Positions 35,761 to 47,678 of a DNA stretch of 64,000 nt are shown one piece after another. Origin of the DNA: Macrostomum lignano (taxonomy: Eukaryota); assembly GCA_002269645.1 (NCBI GenBank), contig NIVC01001020.1, positions 310,001-374,000 of the forward strand. The letters are read 5' to 3'. The position numbers and the translations under genes were made by a program. The notes under the pieces were generated by a model. It did no database searches, was not told the DNA's origin, and saw only the letters and a list, made by a program, of their open reading frames with translations. Numbering within the stretch: the stretch's first letter is position 1; the number at the start of each line of letters is the position of its first letter.

Positions 35761-36620
35761 CCTTGAAGTGCTTTGTAGCGTTTCAGTTGCCCAGTTGATT
35801 TTTCAGGCAAAGTAATCTAATGTGCGGCAATCCAGTCTCAACTGCAGCAGGTGAAATTCGGATCATTCCACTTGTAAAACGTCTCTTTAAATACCATGTC
35901 AGTAGAGTTTCTGATTAAAGTGATGGTGAGTCACTAACGCAAGCTAATGGCTTGCTAAACACATCAGGAGTTGACAGTTTTGGTAGTGTGAGCTAGCAGC
36001 GTCGGTCGGCTTCAATGTTGGACTGGCAAACTAAAAGTTATAAGCTTCATTTCTCTGCAATTTGCTTTTAGTCGATGCGGACACGAGACAGCTGGTTCTC
36101 ACTGTGCAGCTGTAAATCAGGCCTTTCCTTCCACATGCTTTCAGCTAGCAATGCAATTATTATTTTTCTAACAGGCAGGGGGGTTGTGTGCACCCCCTGC
36201 CTCTAATGGCTACGGCCCCCCCCTCTAGCAATGCAATTATAGGGAGTAGTTTAATTCCCTAAGCGATTTTGCGTGACTGACACATTTCCAGCAACCGAGA
36301 TTGTCAAAGTTTGCCACAGACTGGGAGTACTATTGCATCGCATAGCTTTTTATCAGAGACAACTAATGTATAGGTACTTTATGCAGATCGAGGTACCGCT
36401 TATTGAGGATGCTTGTCCAGCGTGGAGACAGCATTTATTGCATATGGTACTGCTGCTTCTGAATTACTTCTGAGGTGAAGCACACGATGCATTTTTAGTA
36501 GCCGCAGAATGCCTGCAGTAGTATAATACGCGTACATGTGTACAATTTACATGCACCCAGCAGAGATCTTATATCTTATTTAGCAAGCGGAAAAAAAGAA
36601 AGCGAAACAGCACAACAGCA

Positions 36621-37088
<468 letters not shown>

Positions 37089-38195
37089 AAGGCGCGGACG
37101 CCCATTCCGCTAATCCTTGAACGGCAGGTAGGGATTTAGAAAATTTTGAACGGGGGGCGCAGATACTAAGGTACATGCATATGCAGAACACGATAATGTG
37201 TATATTTTTTCCATGTAAAAAATTAAAAAATTCTAACTCGACGGGGGGCGTGCCCTATGCGCCTTCCCCCCTAAGTCCGCCACTGCTAAACGGACTACTA
37301 CGAGTACTACGCACTCGTGCCTACGTACAATTGCAAGCTCAATTAATTTAATATACATGTACATGTATGTAGACATCGACGACATGGGTCGAGCATTATT
37401 GCTGTACTGTAGCTGCTACTACCTGCATTTTTTCATAGCGAACGCAGACTAGCTGCCGACTTCAATTCTAATGTCAATTTGAACCAATAAATCGGCAACC
37501 ACTTGTACAGGTACGCCGCTCAGTTTACGTACGCTCGCTGTGACGCTTCCCTTTTAGCGCTTTCGTGCGTAAAATTCGTTTTCTCTTGTGTTAACACAGT
37601 TAAGCAAAACTTAAGTACAATTCTCTTTTGAAACGTATGTTGTAAAAAATAACTTGATAAATGCATTTTTATATTATTTCTGAAACAAAAAATTTATTGA
37701 AATTCTAGTTGCAGAAGCTGGAAACAAATAACACCGTGACTGCCTGACTGACCCGGGCGGTAGTAGGCCAAAAATAAATTTATACCTAGTTACCGTCAGG
37801 CGCCATTTCTATATAGCACATCACTCTACCTAAGTGGGTTTCACTTCACTTCACGTCAGCTATGAGCTATTCCATGGATGTGATTATGGATTGTTGCTTG
37901 ATGTTTTTTAGCAAAGTGCCGATGTAGTGTTCGGCGTTCGCCAGTAAATATCAGGATTCAGGGTGCGCCATCGCCAGTATTATGTCAGAACATAGCTTTG
38001 AGTCCTGAGATAAATTTTGTATGCCTGCAGGTCATGTCATGCACTATGCTATGGCCAATACTGGGCAATGGGTCATCATAGCCTAGTGATTCTTCTAGGG
38101 GCCTATCCAAGTCATAGGGCCTAATCCCTTGGCTTTAATTATATATAGGGCCTATATATATTAAGACGCAGAGGGGAGGCCCCTTGCGCGCAGGC

Positions 38196-38520
38196 GTTCA
38201 CAGAAGGCAATGGCTAGAGTTCCGGCACTGGAACCCATTTTCTAATGTCTACAGATCCGGCAATGCCATTATAGGGCCTAATATAGATAGAACATTATAT
38301 TTTTCTTTCTATAGTATAGGTGGCTGATATTGAGATTTTGTTCTAGATTAAAATTTAAGATGATATGATAAGATTCGGGATAAGATGCTTCTAATATTCA
38401 GACTTCTTAAGATATGTTCTTCTTAGCAGTCTTTATATGCTTCTATACAGCACTGCCGGATCCCTAGCTGTTAGAAAACGGGTTCCGGTGCCAGAATTCT
38501 AGCCATTACCTTTGCAGAAC
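38196..38520. repeat. Imperfect ~70-bp inverted repeat pair around an AT-rich spacer (MITE-like, about 325 bp)
   Basis: AAGGCAATGGCTAGAGTTCCGGCACTGGAACCCATTTTCTAA..GATCCGGCAATGC pairs with the reverse complement of 38451-38520. AGGC flanks both ends. Confidence 0.6.
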
Positions 38521-39365
38521 AGGCGGGAGGGCAGGCAGCAGCAGCCTGAGGCGAGGGGTTTTGGCTTTAATGCCAAACCACAAAGCTATTTTGAATATCT
38601 AACCTAGGCCCAACCTAGCCAATTTTAGGGGCGCATGACCAAGACCGCCACACACCAAGACCGCCACAGCTCTTACTGGCTACTGGAATTGAGGGGGAGC
38701 TACCAATCTTCCAGCATTGCTATTGGTTGTGATGGGTTGTGGAGTTAGATGAGGAAGAAGCGTCCCAAGATTGGTCAGGAATAAGATGAATAATTAAGTG
38801 GCCCAAAACGATTGCAAGTCAACAAGGGCAATTTTAAAAATATCTTTAACAAAAGCACAATTTGTTACTTTTAGCAGTGGATGAGCATGAATAATGCTTT
38901 TGAGAGCAAAAGCTTGAGTAATTAATTTTAACTTCACTTTCAAAAAGCCTCTCAAAAGTTCAATTGCAAGTTGCTGTAATTTGAAAAGTTTTTTTACGAG
39001 CTCGCACGATTATTTGAGTGTATATTCGGCGTCTGGGTGCGTCTAGTGCATTATTACGGACAAACAAATCTAGCGGCTTGATATTGTGCTATGGTACGTG
39101 GATTTAGAGGTGCCATTCATTTTGACGAAGGTTTACATGTACTTTGACGAAAGCAAGTTAACCACTATCGTTCACTCACATAACAGAAAAAGCGCATCTT
39201 AGGCCCAATGCCTATGAGAATGTCTGTGTAAATGTACGAGCATTATTGTGTGTATTTTATTGTGTACTCAAAGCCGAGAATTTTGGTGAAAGCAAAGGGA
39301 GGGGATGAGAGTAAATGTACATGCACATGTAATTTGAGAGAATATATGGATCCGGGGGTTAGGAG

Positions 39366-39382
39366 ATCTCTCACTCTCTCAC

Positions 39383-39424
<42 letters not shown>

Positions 39425-39918
39425 TCTTTAACTCACTCTCTCACTCACTCACTCACTCACTCTCTCTCTTTCTCTCTCTCTCACTCACTCACTCTCTCAC
39501 CCTCACTCCTATATTCTCGCTTTCTCTCTCACTACTCTCTCTCACTCACTCACTTACTCACTCACTCACTCACTCACTCACTCTCTCACTCACTCACTCA
39601 CTCACTCTCTCTCTTTCTCTCTCTCTCACTCACTCACTCTCTCACCCTCACTCCTATATTCTCGCTTTCTCTCTCACTCACTCTCTCTCACTCACTCACT
39701 TACTCACTCACTCACTCACTCACTCACTCTCTCACTCACTCACTCACTCACTCTCTCACTCACTCACTCACTCACTCACTCACTCTCTCACCCTCACTCC
39801 TATATTCTCGCTTTCTCTCTCTCTCACTCTCTCTCACTCACTCACTCACTCACTCACTCTCTCACTCACTCACTCACTCTCTCACCCTCACTCCTATATT
39901 CTCGCTTTCTCTCTCACT
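39366..39918. repeat. (CT)n/(TCAC)n pyrimidine-rich compound microsatellite with four copies of CTCTCACCCTCACTCCTATATTCTCGCTTTCTCTCTC
   Basis: Direct reading. Confidence 0.92.
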
Positions 39919-40167
39919 TTTAATGCTATATTTCTTGATCAAAAACTATTTAAGCTCCGATATCAGAAAACCAGTTTTTATTATATAGATATGCTAATCT
40001 AATACAGTTATACATAAACAGAAAATTCAAAATTCGGGGCCCGTATCAGTGGGGGGGGGATAACTGCTATTTGATGAGCGCCCAGCCAATGAGAGTTCTG
40101 GAATTTTTGGAAGAGCGATCAATCCACTGCCAAAAATAAATTTTATGGTAAAAAATCACTGTTTCTT

Positions 40168-40640
40168 ACCCACTGTTTCACCCAATGTTTCACCCACTGT
40201 TTCACCCACTGTTTCACCCACTGTTTCACCCACTGTTTCACCCACTGTTTCACCCACTGTTTCACCCACTGTTTCACCCACTGTTTCACCCACTGTTTCA
40301 CCCACTGTTTCACCCACTGTTTCACCCACTGTTTCACCCACTGTTTCACCCACTGTTTCACCCACTGTTTCACCCACTGTTTCACCCACTGCTTCACCCA
40401 CTGTTTCACCCACTGTTTCACCCACTGCTTCACCCACTGTTTCACCCACTGCTTCACCCAATGTTTCACCCACTGTTTCACCCACTGTTTCACCCAATGT
40501 TTCACCCACTGTTTCACCCACTGTTTCACCCACTGCTTCACCCAATGTTTCACCCACTGTTTCACCCACTGTTTCACCCACTGCTTCACCCACTGTTTCA
40601 CCCACTGTTTCACCCAATGTTTCACCCACTGTTTCTCACC
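40168..40640. repeat. 12-bp minisatellite (CCCACTGTTTCA)n, about 39 copies
   Basis: Direct reading. The VSPT, HPLF and KQWV ORFs are artefacts. Confidence 0.97.
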
Positions 40641-40651
40641 CATTGTTTCTC

Positions 40652-41208
40652 GGAGAGTGGAGAGAGGGTGAGAGTGGAGAGAGGGTGAGAGTGGAGAGAG
40701 GGTGAGAGTGGAGAGAGGGTGAGAGTGGAGAGAGGGTGAGAGTTGAAAGAGACTGAGAGTAGAGGGTGAGAGTAAAGAGAGGCTGAGAGTTGAAAGAGAC
40801 TGAGTGAAGAGAGGATGAGAGTGGAGAGAGGGTGAGAGTTGAAAGAGACTGAGAGTAGAGGCTGAGAGTAAAGAGAGGCTGAGAGTTGAAAGAGACTGAG
40901 AGTAGAGGGTGAGAGTGGAGAGAGGGTGAGAGTTGAAAGAGACTGAGAGTGAAGAGAGGCCGAAAATGGAGAGAGGTTGAGAGTAGCCGTAGAGGGTAAG
41001 AGTGGACAGATGCTGAGAGTTGAAAGAGACTGAGTGAAGAGAGGATGAGAGTGGAGAGAGGGTGAGAGTTGAAAGAGACTGAGAGTAGAGGGTGAGAGTA
41101 AAGAGAGGCTGAAAGTGGAGAGAGGCTGAAAGTAAAGAGAGACTGAAAGTGGAGAGAGGCTGAGAGTGGAGAGAGGGTGAGAGTGGAGGGAGGGTGAGAG
41201 AGGAGACA
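40652..41208. repeat. Purine-rich degenerate tandem repeat (e.g. GGAGAGAGGGTGAGAGT, 17-bp core)
   Basis: Direct reading. Confidence 0.88.
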
Positions 41209-43804
41209 GTGTGAGATAATTAAAGAGAGACATCGAGAGATTATTTCCTAATCCAATTTAGCTGTACAGAGCATGGATATACATGTACCTGTATCTATCA
41301 CACAATGCGCATATTGTATACCAGGTCAATCATTGCCAATTGATTGCATGGTAAATTAAAAGCAAGTAGTGTAGCGACATACTGTCCGGCTGTTGTATGG
41401 TCAGAACGGCGTACAAGCACGAGTATACTACATGGTACCCAATGTGATGTACAAATGTACATTTATAGCTATTATACGTTCAAATAGTTTTAGAACGTAT
41501 TTTTTAATGAACAGGGAGAACATCCGAAATCAAAGTAAACGATTACATGTACATGTGATGTACATGCATTTTCGTGCCATACATTTTGATTGTATTAAGA
41601 GCGATCACAGTAACTTTTGAGTGAGTGATCATGTGTGCGAGTGAGTGAGCGAGTGAGCTAAATGAGAGGGTGAGAGAGTGAGTGAGTTATATAGTGATTG
41701 AGTGATTCAAAAGTGAGTATATGAAAGCTGCTTACCAGGCCTCGGTACAACTCGATCGAGGCCCAGCTAGTACAAATCACGGACTACTTGAGTGTCGTTT
41801 TATAGGAAGCCTGTACATGTACACGTACTCGTAATAAAAACGGTATGGCTGCACGACTCACCAATGGCACATTGGCAATCGAACATGCTCGAATCACTCA
41901 TGAAAACTAACATTATAACAAATTATAACAATGACAACCAACTCAAGGACCACATTCAAAACTGCGAATTAAGAATGTAGTTAAGTCAAGAGCCTTTTTT
42001 CACAGCTTTCTACTAAAAGTAGCTGTTTATTTAGGATTGATAGTTCCTTTACAATTCAAATTGAATGAAAAAAACGAGGGCTCACTCACGGTCTCGCACC
42101 CACCCGGCCCGCTCACTCACCGGTTCCTCTCTCGCGGCCTTGTCGTCCCCATCTCACCCCTCCCCAGCACCATCCAATAACATGACGAGCCAAATTCCTC
42201 CCCCCTAGCTCCCCCAAGTGTGGCGGTCTTGGTGTGTGGCGGTCTTGGTCCTACACCAGCTACGGCGGCTACCATGACAAGAACCACTAGAAGTTACTAT
42301 TGTATTTATTAATAAAATATTTCTTTATTTTTTTTAATTTAACCATCATAGTATTTGCACAGCAAGTTTGTCACTTCATTTAGATGGTATTTGTTTTAAG
42401 TGTAAAACTGTAAAAATAACTGTCTCACTATTTATAGAGTCACCATAACATAACAATAACAACTGCCTCACAAAAACTAGGCCTACTTCTTATTCCAATT
42501 TGCCTTTTGTATGCATATTAGGTCACGGGACCAGGACGCTCGGCCTCAATGACTGAATTCATTGTAGGCCTACTAATGCAATGGCTACCCACTAAATTTA
42601 ATGCTTAGGATAAGCCATATGTTTTGCCTTTGGCTTTGAAGTAGGCCCTAGGGAGGGCGGCTAGGGCCTACCCAGTGTTCCTCATGCCGGAATTATTCCG
42701 GAATTTAAAGCCGGAATAATTCCGGCATAAATGTCTGGCTACTATTCCGGAATAATTCCGGCATGAAAATTCCGCCTACATTCCAGAATTATGCCGAAAA
42801 TATTCCGTTAGTTCATGTTTTTTAATTGCATGGCTGGCCACCTAATTGGCCTAGTTTTCATGTTAAGCCTTTTTTATAATAGGAGAGCTTTGATAATTTT
42901 GGCTAAATATCCTTTCAAGGGTAGTTCTAGTTCATGCGCTTTTCTGTCATGCTTGTTTGAAGCTCGTAGCTCGTAACTGTAGAGAAAGTGCTTTTCTCAT
43001 AAAAGAAGTTTTCCAAAACATTTTAACCCAGCTTAAGACAAACAATTGCATGAATTCAATAGTCGCAGCTGACATTAAGTTATTAACAACAATAAACGCA
43101 AAACGATATTGCGATGTGACAAAAATTATAGCTACATGGTTAAAAAGAGACAACCAGAATGGATGAGACCACTTTATTTTGACAAAGAGAAAATGTGTTT
43201 TGTGTTTTTACAGTTACATAATTAATGATAAGCGCAATATGTGCGCAAGTACGTAGACATGGGTTTGTAAAAAGCAGCTGGCGCAAATACGTAGTAGAAA
43301 ACTAAATACAAAAGGTGGATAGTGCAACAAATAACAGATCTGCGATTAATATTGCATAAAGAAAATTAAGTAACAAAACGTAAGTAAGTATATTGGATAC
43401 ACGAAATTCGGTTAAATAACTTCAAATAAAAATTTGATAAAATTTAGGACAAAAACGACGTGCATTTAAATATGATGGAGTGTAAAGTCTGCATTAGAGT
43501 CAGAAGTCATGCGCAACTCACATACATGTGTACATTAAATTGCATTATGCTACATTGGTGCAAAGTGACGCAATAAGTATGCACACAAATAAAAACGAAA
43601 TATAGCAAAAAACTAAATAACAAAACAAAAGCAAAATACTAGGCACAAAGCAGATATAAATTATGAAATTATATAATTATGAAATTATATAAATTATCGG
43701 TGGAGAAATCCAACCGGGGGCGCTGATGATTGCTAGACCCCTAAAAACTTGTTGAAACGGGAATGCTTAGAAAAGCACATCAATAAAGAAACAAACTGGG
43801 GACT

Positions 43805-45763
43805 TCAGGGACTGGTATTAGAGGCATAGGGTATAATAACGAACCCATTTTCGGTTGGAATACAAATGGCCTTGCCAGTTGGATGCACAGTAACAGACGT
43901 AGCATGACACCTCACGATATAGTAGCCAATTCCTAGGGTGGAACTGGGGTAAGGATACTTGTACAAATCTCGCGAAAACTTAAGACTATGACCTGTGACA
44001 GAGCCATCATCGTGCGTTGAAGTTATTAGTAGTACCCTTGTACCAACCATAGCACAGTTGTTAGGAGCCGTGGACCTAAAAGCAAGGTCAGCGCAACTGG
44101 GGCTGGAAAGAGTTTGCATAAACTGCAATTGTGATAACGCGTGTTCAAAAAAAAACCTTGTTTTTTTGGTTCGACTCTTAAGCACGTTAAGATAGGCTTC
44201 AAACGGAAAGGTTGAAAAATTGTCTAGCTCTCCAAACTGCTTGACGCACTCTGCTAAATGCAGAATCGCATGAAAATTGTACGACACGGCATGTTCACCA
44301 TACAGTACAGGAACTTGGCTAACAAAGGTTTGGATACAATGAGCAGCGTGGTCTCTCAAATGCCTGAACCGCGGAGAGCAAAAGACATAAATTGAAAAAT
44401 GCAGTAGCATGAAATGATCATAGTAAAGGCCAGACAGAATGTCTTTAAAAAGAAACGGACCAAGGTACAACAAATGAAGACGATACTCAGTGGCTTTAAA
44501 ATTGACTAATTCAGTATCGAATCGTCGTGGGCGTCGTTGAAATTCAGAGGGGATATACTTGGCTAGGCTATGGGAGAGATCTGAAAGCCTTGTCAGCTGA
44601 TCAGCAGTAACACGACCACGAATCCGAAAACCTTTTACTAAACTAAACATCCAGGAAAAAATACGGCGAGTAATGCCAAGAATGGCAGCATGCTGATAGT
44701 CTAGAGGAAAACCAGTTAGCAACCCTGTGATTTCATGCAGAGGGGACAGAGACGATTGATTATTCTCTCTCAAAGCACTGTAATCCTCATCAGTACGAGG
44801 CTCTCCAGGAACAGTGGAGTACACAACTCGACTTAACAGCGTTCGACCAACTGAGCGGCAGAAACCACATCCTCGATGGGCTGTATGCGATGCAATGCAT
44901 TGGAAGTAAGCACGAGCAACTGCATCACAGATGAATGCCACATTGCCGAGCTTTACTCTTCCATTCTGCACCATCATTCCAACTGACTTCAAAACCTTGA
45001 TCTCGTTAATGAGCTTACGGAGGAAAGGCTCAATTGGTGGCTTTCCAACTCCACAGTATAGCCCTACTGGATAGACTCGACTGACAGGCCTTCCGACACT
45101 AGAGAACTGAATCAAAATTGGCCAAAATTCTGTCTTTGAACTCTTCCAAAGTGGCAAGCCATCGATGTTGACTTTAAGGTCCAGAAAATTGTCTGTTTCG
45201 CTACGTAACTTGACACTCATCAACTTCAAGGCTATTGGAATACTTTTGCTTATCGAGAGATAGGCAAAGTTCCCTCCTGGCATGGCTTCCTTGCCAACAG
45301 TTGAGTGGGACATGTTGCTCTTCTTAAGTTGCTTAAAATTAGCAGGAACGTCGTGGCCCAGTCGGAGGAGCAGCTGAAGTATCATGGTCACAGCTCGCTG
45401 GGGGAGACAAAACAAAAGATAGATCTTCCACAATTCGCTAATCACAGAGCAACCTTGGCCAACTCCAGTTCCATCTCCATTATCAGTGCCAGCTTCATCT
45501 GCGCCATCGACAGCCTCGCAGTCATCATCATCGGAATCGTCATATGACTCACCAAACAGTTGGTCATGGACAAAATCCTCATCAACCAACAGTTTATACA
45601 AGCCATCGTTGTTGACAACGGACTCAATTAAGTGATCCATGCCCACAAACTCACCACAAGAACAATCAGTACTCGCGTCCTCCCCGAGATCCATGGCTAC
45701 CTCACCAGTTGCAGCATCAGAAGAATCCAAACCAAAGTCTATCCCTGCTAGGTACTTATCCAC
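43805..45763 (-). CDS. CACTA/EnSpm-type DDE transposase (main exon; probably begins at a splice acceptor near 45813)
   Basis: VNIDGLP..FWPIL; FICDAVAR..HTAHRGCGFC; DYQH..LG; YNFHAILHL; FPFEAYL. Confidence 0.87.
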   Translation of the reverse strand: MDKYLAGIDFGLDSSDAATGEVAMDLGEDASTDCSCGEFVGMDHLIESVVNNDGLYKLLVDEDFVHDQLFGESYDDSDDDDCEAVDGADEAGTDNGDGTGVGQGCSVISELWKIYLLFCLPQRAVTMILQLLLRLGHDVPANFKQLKKSNMSHSTVGKEAMPGGNFAYLSISKSIPIALKLMSVKLRSETDNFLDLKVNIDGLPLWKSSKTEFWPILIQFSSVGRPVSRVYPVGLYCGVGKPPIEPFLRKLINEIKVLKSVGMMVQNGRVKLGNVAFICDAVARAYFQCIASHTAHRGCGFCRSVGRTLLSRVVYSTVPGEPRTDEDYSALRENNQSSLSPLHEITGLLTGFPLDYQHAAILGITRRIFSWMFSLVKGFRIRGRVTADQLTRLSDLSHSLAKYIPSEFQRRPRRFDTELVNFKATEYRLHLLYLGPFLFKDILSGLYYDHFMLLHFSIYVFCSPRFRHLRDHAAHCIQTFVSQVPVLYGEHAVSYNFHAILHLAECVKQFGELDNFSTFPFEAYLNVLKSRTKKTRFFFEHALSQLQFMQTLSSPSCADLAFRSTAPNNCAMVGTRVLLITSTHDDGSVTGHSLKFSRDLYKYPYPSSTLGIGYYIVRCHATSVTVHPTGKAICIPTENGFVIIPYASNTSP

Positions 45764-46229
45764 CTCGCGAAGAACCTTACGTCGAGAAGCCTTAAAAAAT
45801 CGGGGGTTGATATCTGGTTTAGAAAACTACTAACTGATCCTTAAGCATTTAGTCTATTTTTACACTATAGGAAACCAACTATTGTGACAGACTACACATA
45901 CAAAAAAATGAAACCGATAAAGCTGACACTGACACTGAAAACACTGACAAAATGGAAAAATAATTGTCAATTAGCTAGTAACAAAAATGAGCGCAATTGA
46001 CAGTTGTGCCACAGCTTTACAACTGTTCCACAACTGTCATTTATTCTGTTCGGCAAAGTAATATATACTCATTAGCATAATTTTGTCACAATTGTGGCAA
46101 AGGGCAGTTGAATACAATCATAGATGTGTAAAAGGGCATAGTTGTAGCCAGTTGGAAGAATCGCAGCTTTTTCTAGGACAATTATTTCCTACCGGGGTCA
46201 CCATTTTTATTGAGTGCAACACTATTCAG

Positions 46230-47678
46230 TCAATTTCTACTGTCTTCCGAAACGTCAGCTTCATCATCGGAGCTCTGCTGTTCCTGGAACTCTGGGGCAA
46301 AAACTCTCGATCGCTTTGCATTGGGGTCTGACTGTGGGGGCTTCCTTGTCCTTGCTTGTGCCACTTTTAGAGCCGCCACAATCGCCTCTTCAACAAGCTT
46401 GGCATTCAGGCTGGTGTCGATGTTGCACACATACTCCTTGATGAAGTCCTCCAGCTTGCCTTTGATCTTGATCTTCCCATCTGTACCATGCCTGTTACAC
46501 CTTGCCAGAACTTCGTCCGTAAACAATGCACGCAATGTGCGACGTACCAGTTCTTTGCCCGAGCCTCCAGCAAAGCGATTCAGATACTGCCCGATGTTAC
46601 GCTTCTTGTCAGGTTGATCAAGCGAAGAAATTAATTCCTCAACACCCGCCATCGATGAGACCTGATTCATTGAAGCTTTAGGAAACGAGACACCTGCAGA
46701 CTGTTCAGACGGCAGAACACTCATCCTATCATTGAATGATTTGAGTTGACTCTCCAGAGTGAGAACCTTTTTGAGAATGACAGAGCACAGAAAATTAGCT
46801 GACTCAATCGTGTTCGGTCTGATTTTATGTCGCTCCAGTAGCCTGTCAACGCTGTCAGTTGAAAAGCTCCCAGCAAATGAGACACTCTTGCTAGCATCAG
46901 AGCGCTTAGAATTGGGATCGAAATTTGCTCCATCCCTATGACTACACTGTGGCATGGGTGATGACAGTATTGGTGTTGGATGCTGGCTGCTTTCTGGCAT
47001 GGAGTATGACGAAGGTGGCTCTTGATGGCTTGTTACCACAGCTGCTGACATCGGTTGCAGGTTTCCTCTTGGCGTGTGTGGCGACAGTGAAGGTGGCGGT
47101 GCAGACAGTGGTGGCATTTGTGGCATGGAAACAGGACTAAATCTTGAAACAGGAGAAGCAACTAGTGACAACCTGGCAGAATTCCCAACAGTTTCTGAAT
47201 GCCTTTTGGTTGAAGCAGACCTTTTGGAGTTTTCACTCAATGGCTGGGAACTACTGTTAATATGCTGCAAGTTGCTCTCTCCTGTTGCAAGTCTTTCCAA
47301 ATCTGTGGCACTGTCAGACAAATCAGTATCAAAGCAGTTTAATGGCTTCCAGACAAACCGCTTTGATGGATCAGACACACGGCTAACATAATCTAGATCA
47401 CGTAACATTCGCTCAATTGGCCACTTTTTGTATGTCTTATGTTCGGTGACATGATTCAAAACAGGCTGAAGAGATGATTTTGCATGACTAGCTTGTACAA
47501 CTATTGCTGAATGGGGCTTACCATCATACTGTGCAGAGACAATCACAACTTCTGATGGAGCCTTAACAAGTGCCTCAAAGTGACTTAGGCTAAAGTCAGT
47601 CTGGTTGCTATGAAGAATCTCAAAAGTTTTGTCACTTGGAAAATATAGTAAGAGGTGTGTAATATCTTGGAAAGCCAA
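46230..47678 (-). CDS. CACTA accessory ORF with a DUF4806-like C-terminal domain
   Basis: S/P-rich linker, a coiled segment (LKKVLTLESQLKSFN), then GGSGKELVRRTLRALFTDEVLARCNRHG. The frame opens at acceptor TTCCAG|GCT near 47687. Confidence 0.7.
   Translation of the reverse strand: MAFQDITHLLLYFPSDKTFEILHSNQTDFSLSHFEALVKAPSEVVIVSAQYDGKPHSAIVVQASHAKSSLQPVLNHVTEHKTYKKWPIERMLRDLDYVSRVSDPSKRFVWKPLNCFDTDLSDSATDLERLATGESNLQHINSSSQPLSENSKRSASTKRHSETVGNSARLSLVASPVSRFSPVSMPQMPPLSAPPPSLSPHTPRGNLQPMSAAVVTSHQEPPSSYSMPESSQHPTPILSSPMPQCSHRDGANFDPNSKRSDASKSVSFAGSFSTDSVDRLLERHKIRPNTIESANFLCSVILKKVLTLESQLKSFNDRMSVLPSEQSAGVSFPKASMNQVSSMAGVEELISSLDQPDKKRNIGQYLNRFAGGSGKELVRRTLRALFTDEVLARCNRHGTDGKIKIKGKLEDFIKEYVCNIDTSLNAKLVEEAIVAALKVAQARTRKPPQSDPNAKRSRVFAPEFQEQQSSDDEADVSEDSRN

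Larger units (their letters stand above)
38630..42257. mobile_element. Putative non-autonomous TIR element (about 3.6 kb) filled with simple repeats
   Basis: GACCAAGACCGCCACACACCAAGACCGCCACA at 38637 is the exact reverse complement of the sequence at about 42219-42250. The termini are GG...CC. No target duplication or coding sequence was found. Confidence 0.55.

Noticed and set aside
37089-37290. Short element ending TAAGTCCGCCACTG next to the ACT array
   Set aside because: Only one convincing terminus. The left end does not form a clear TIR.
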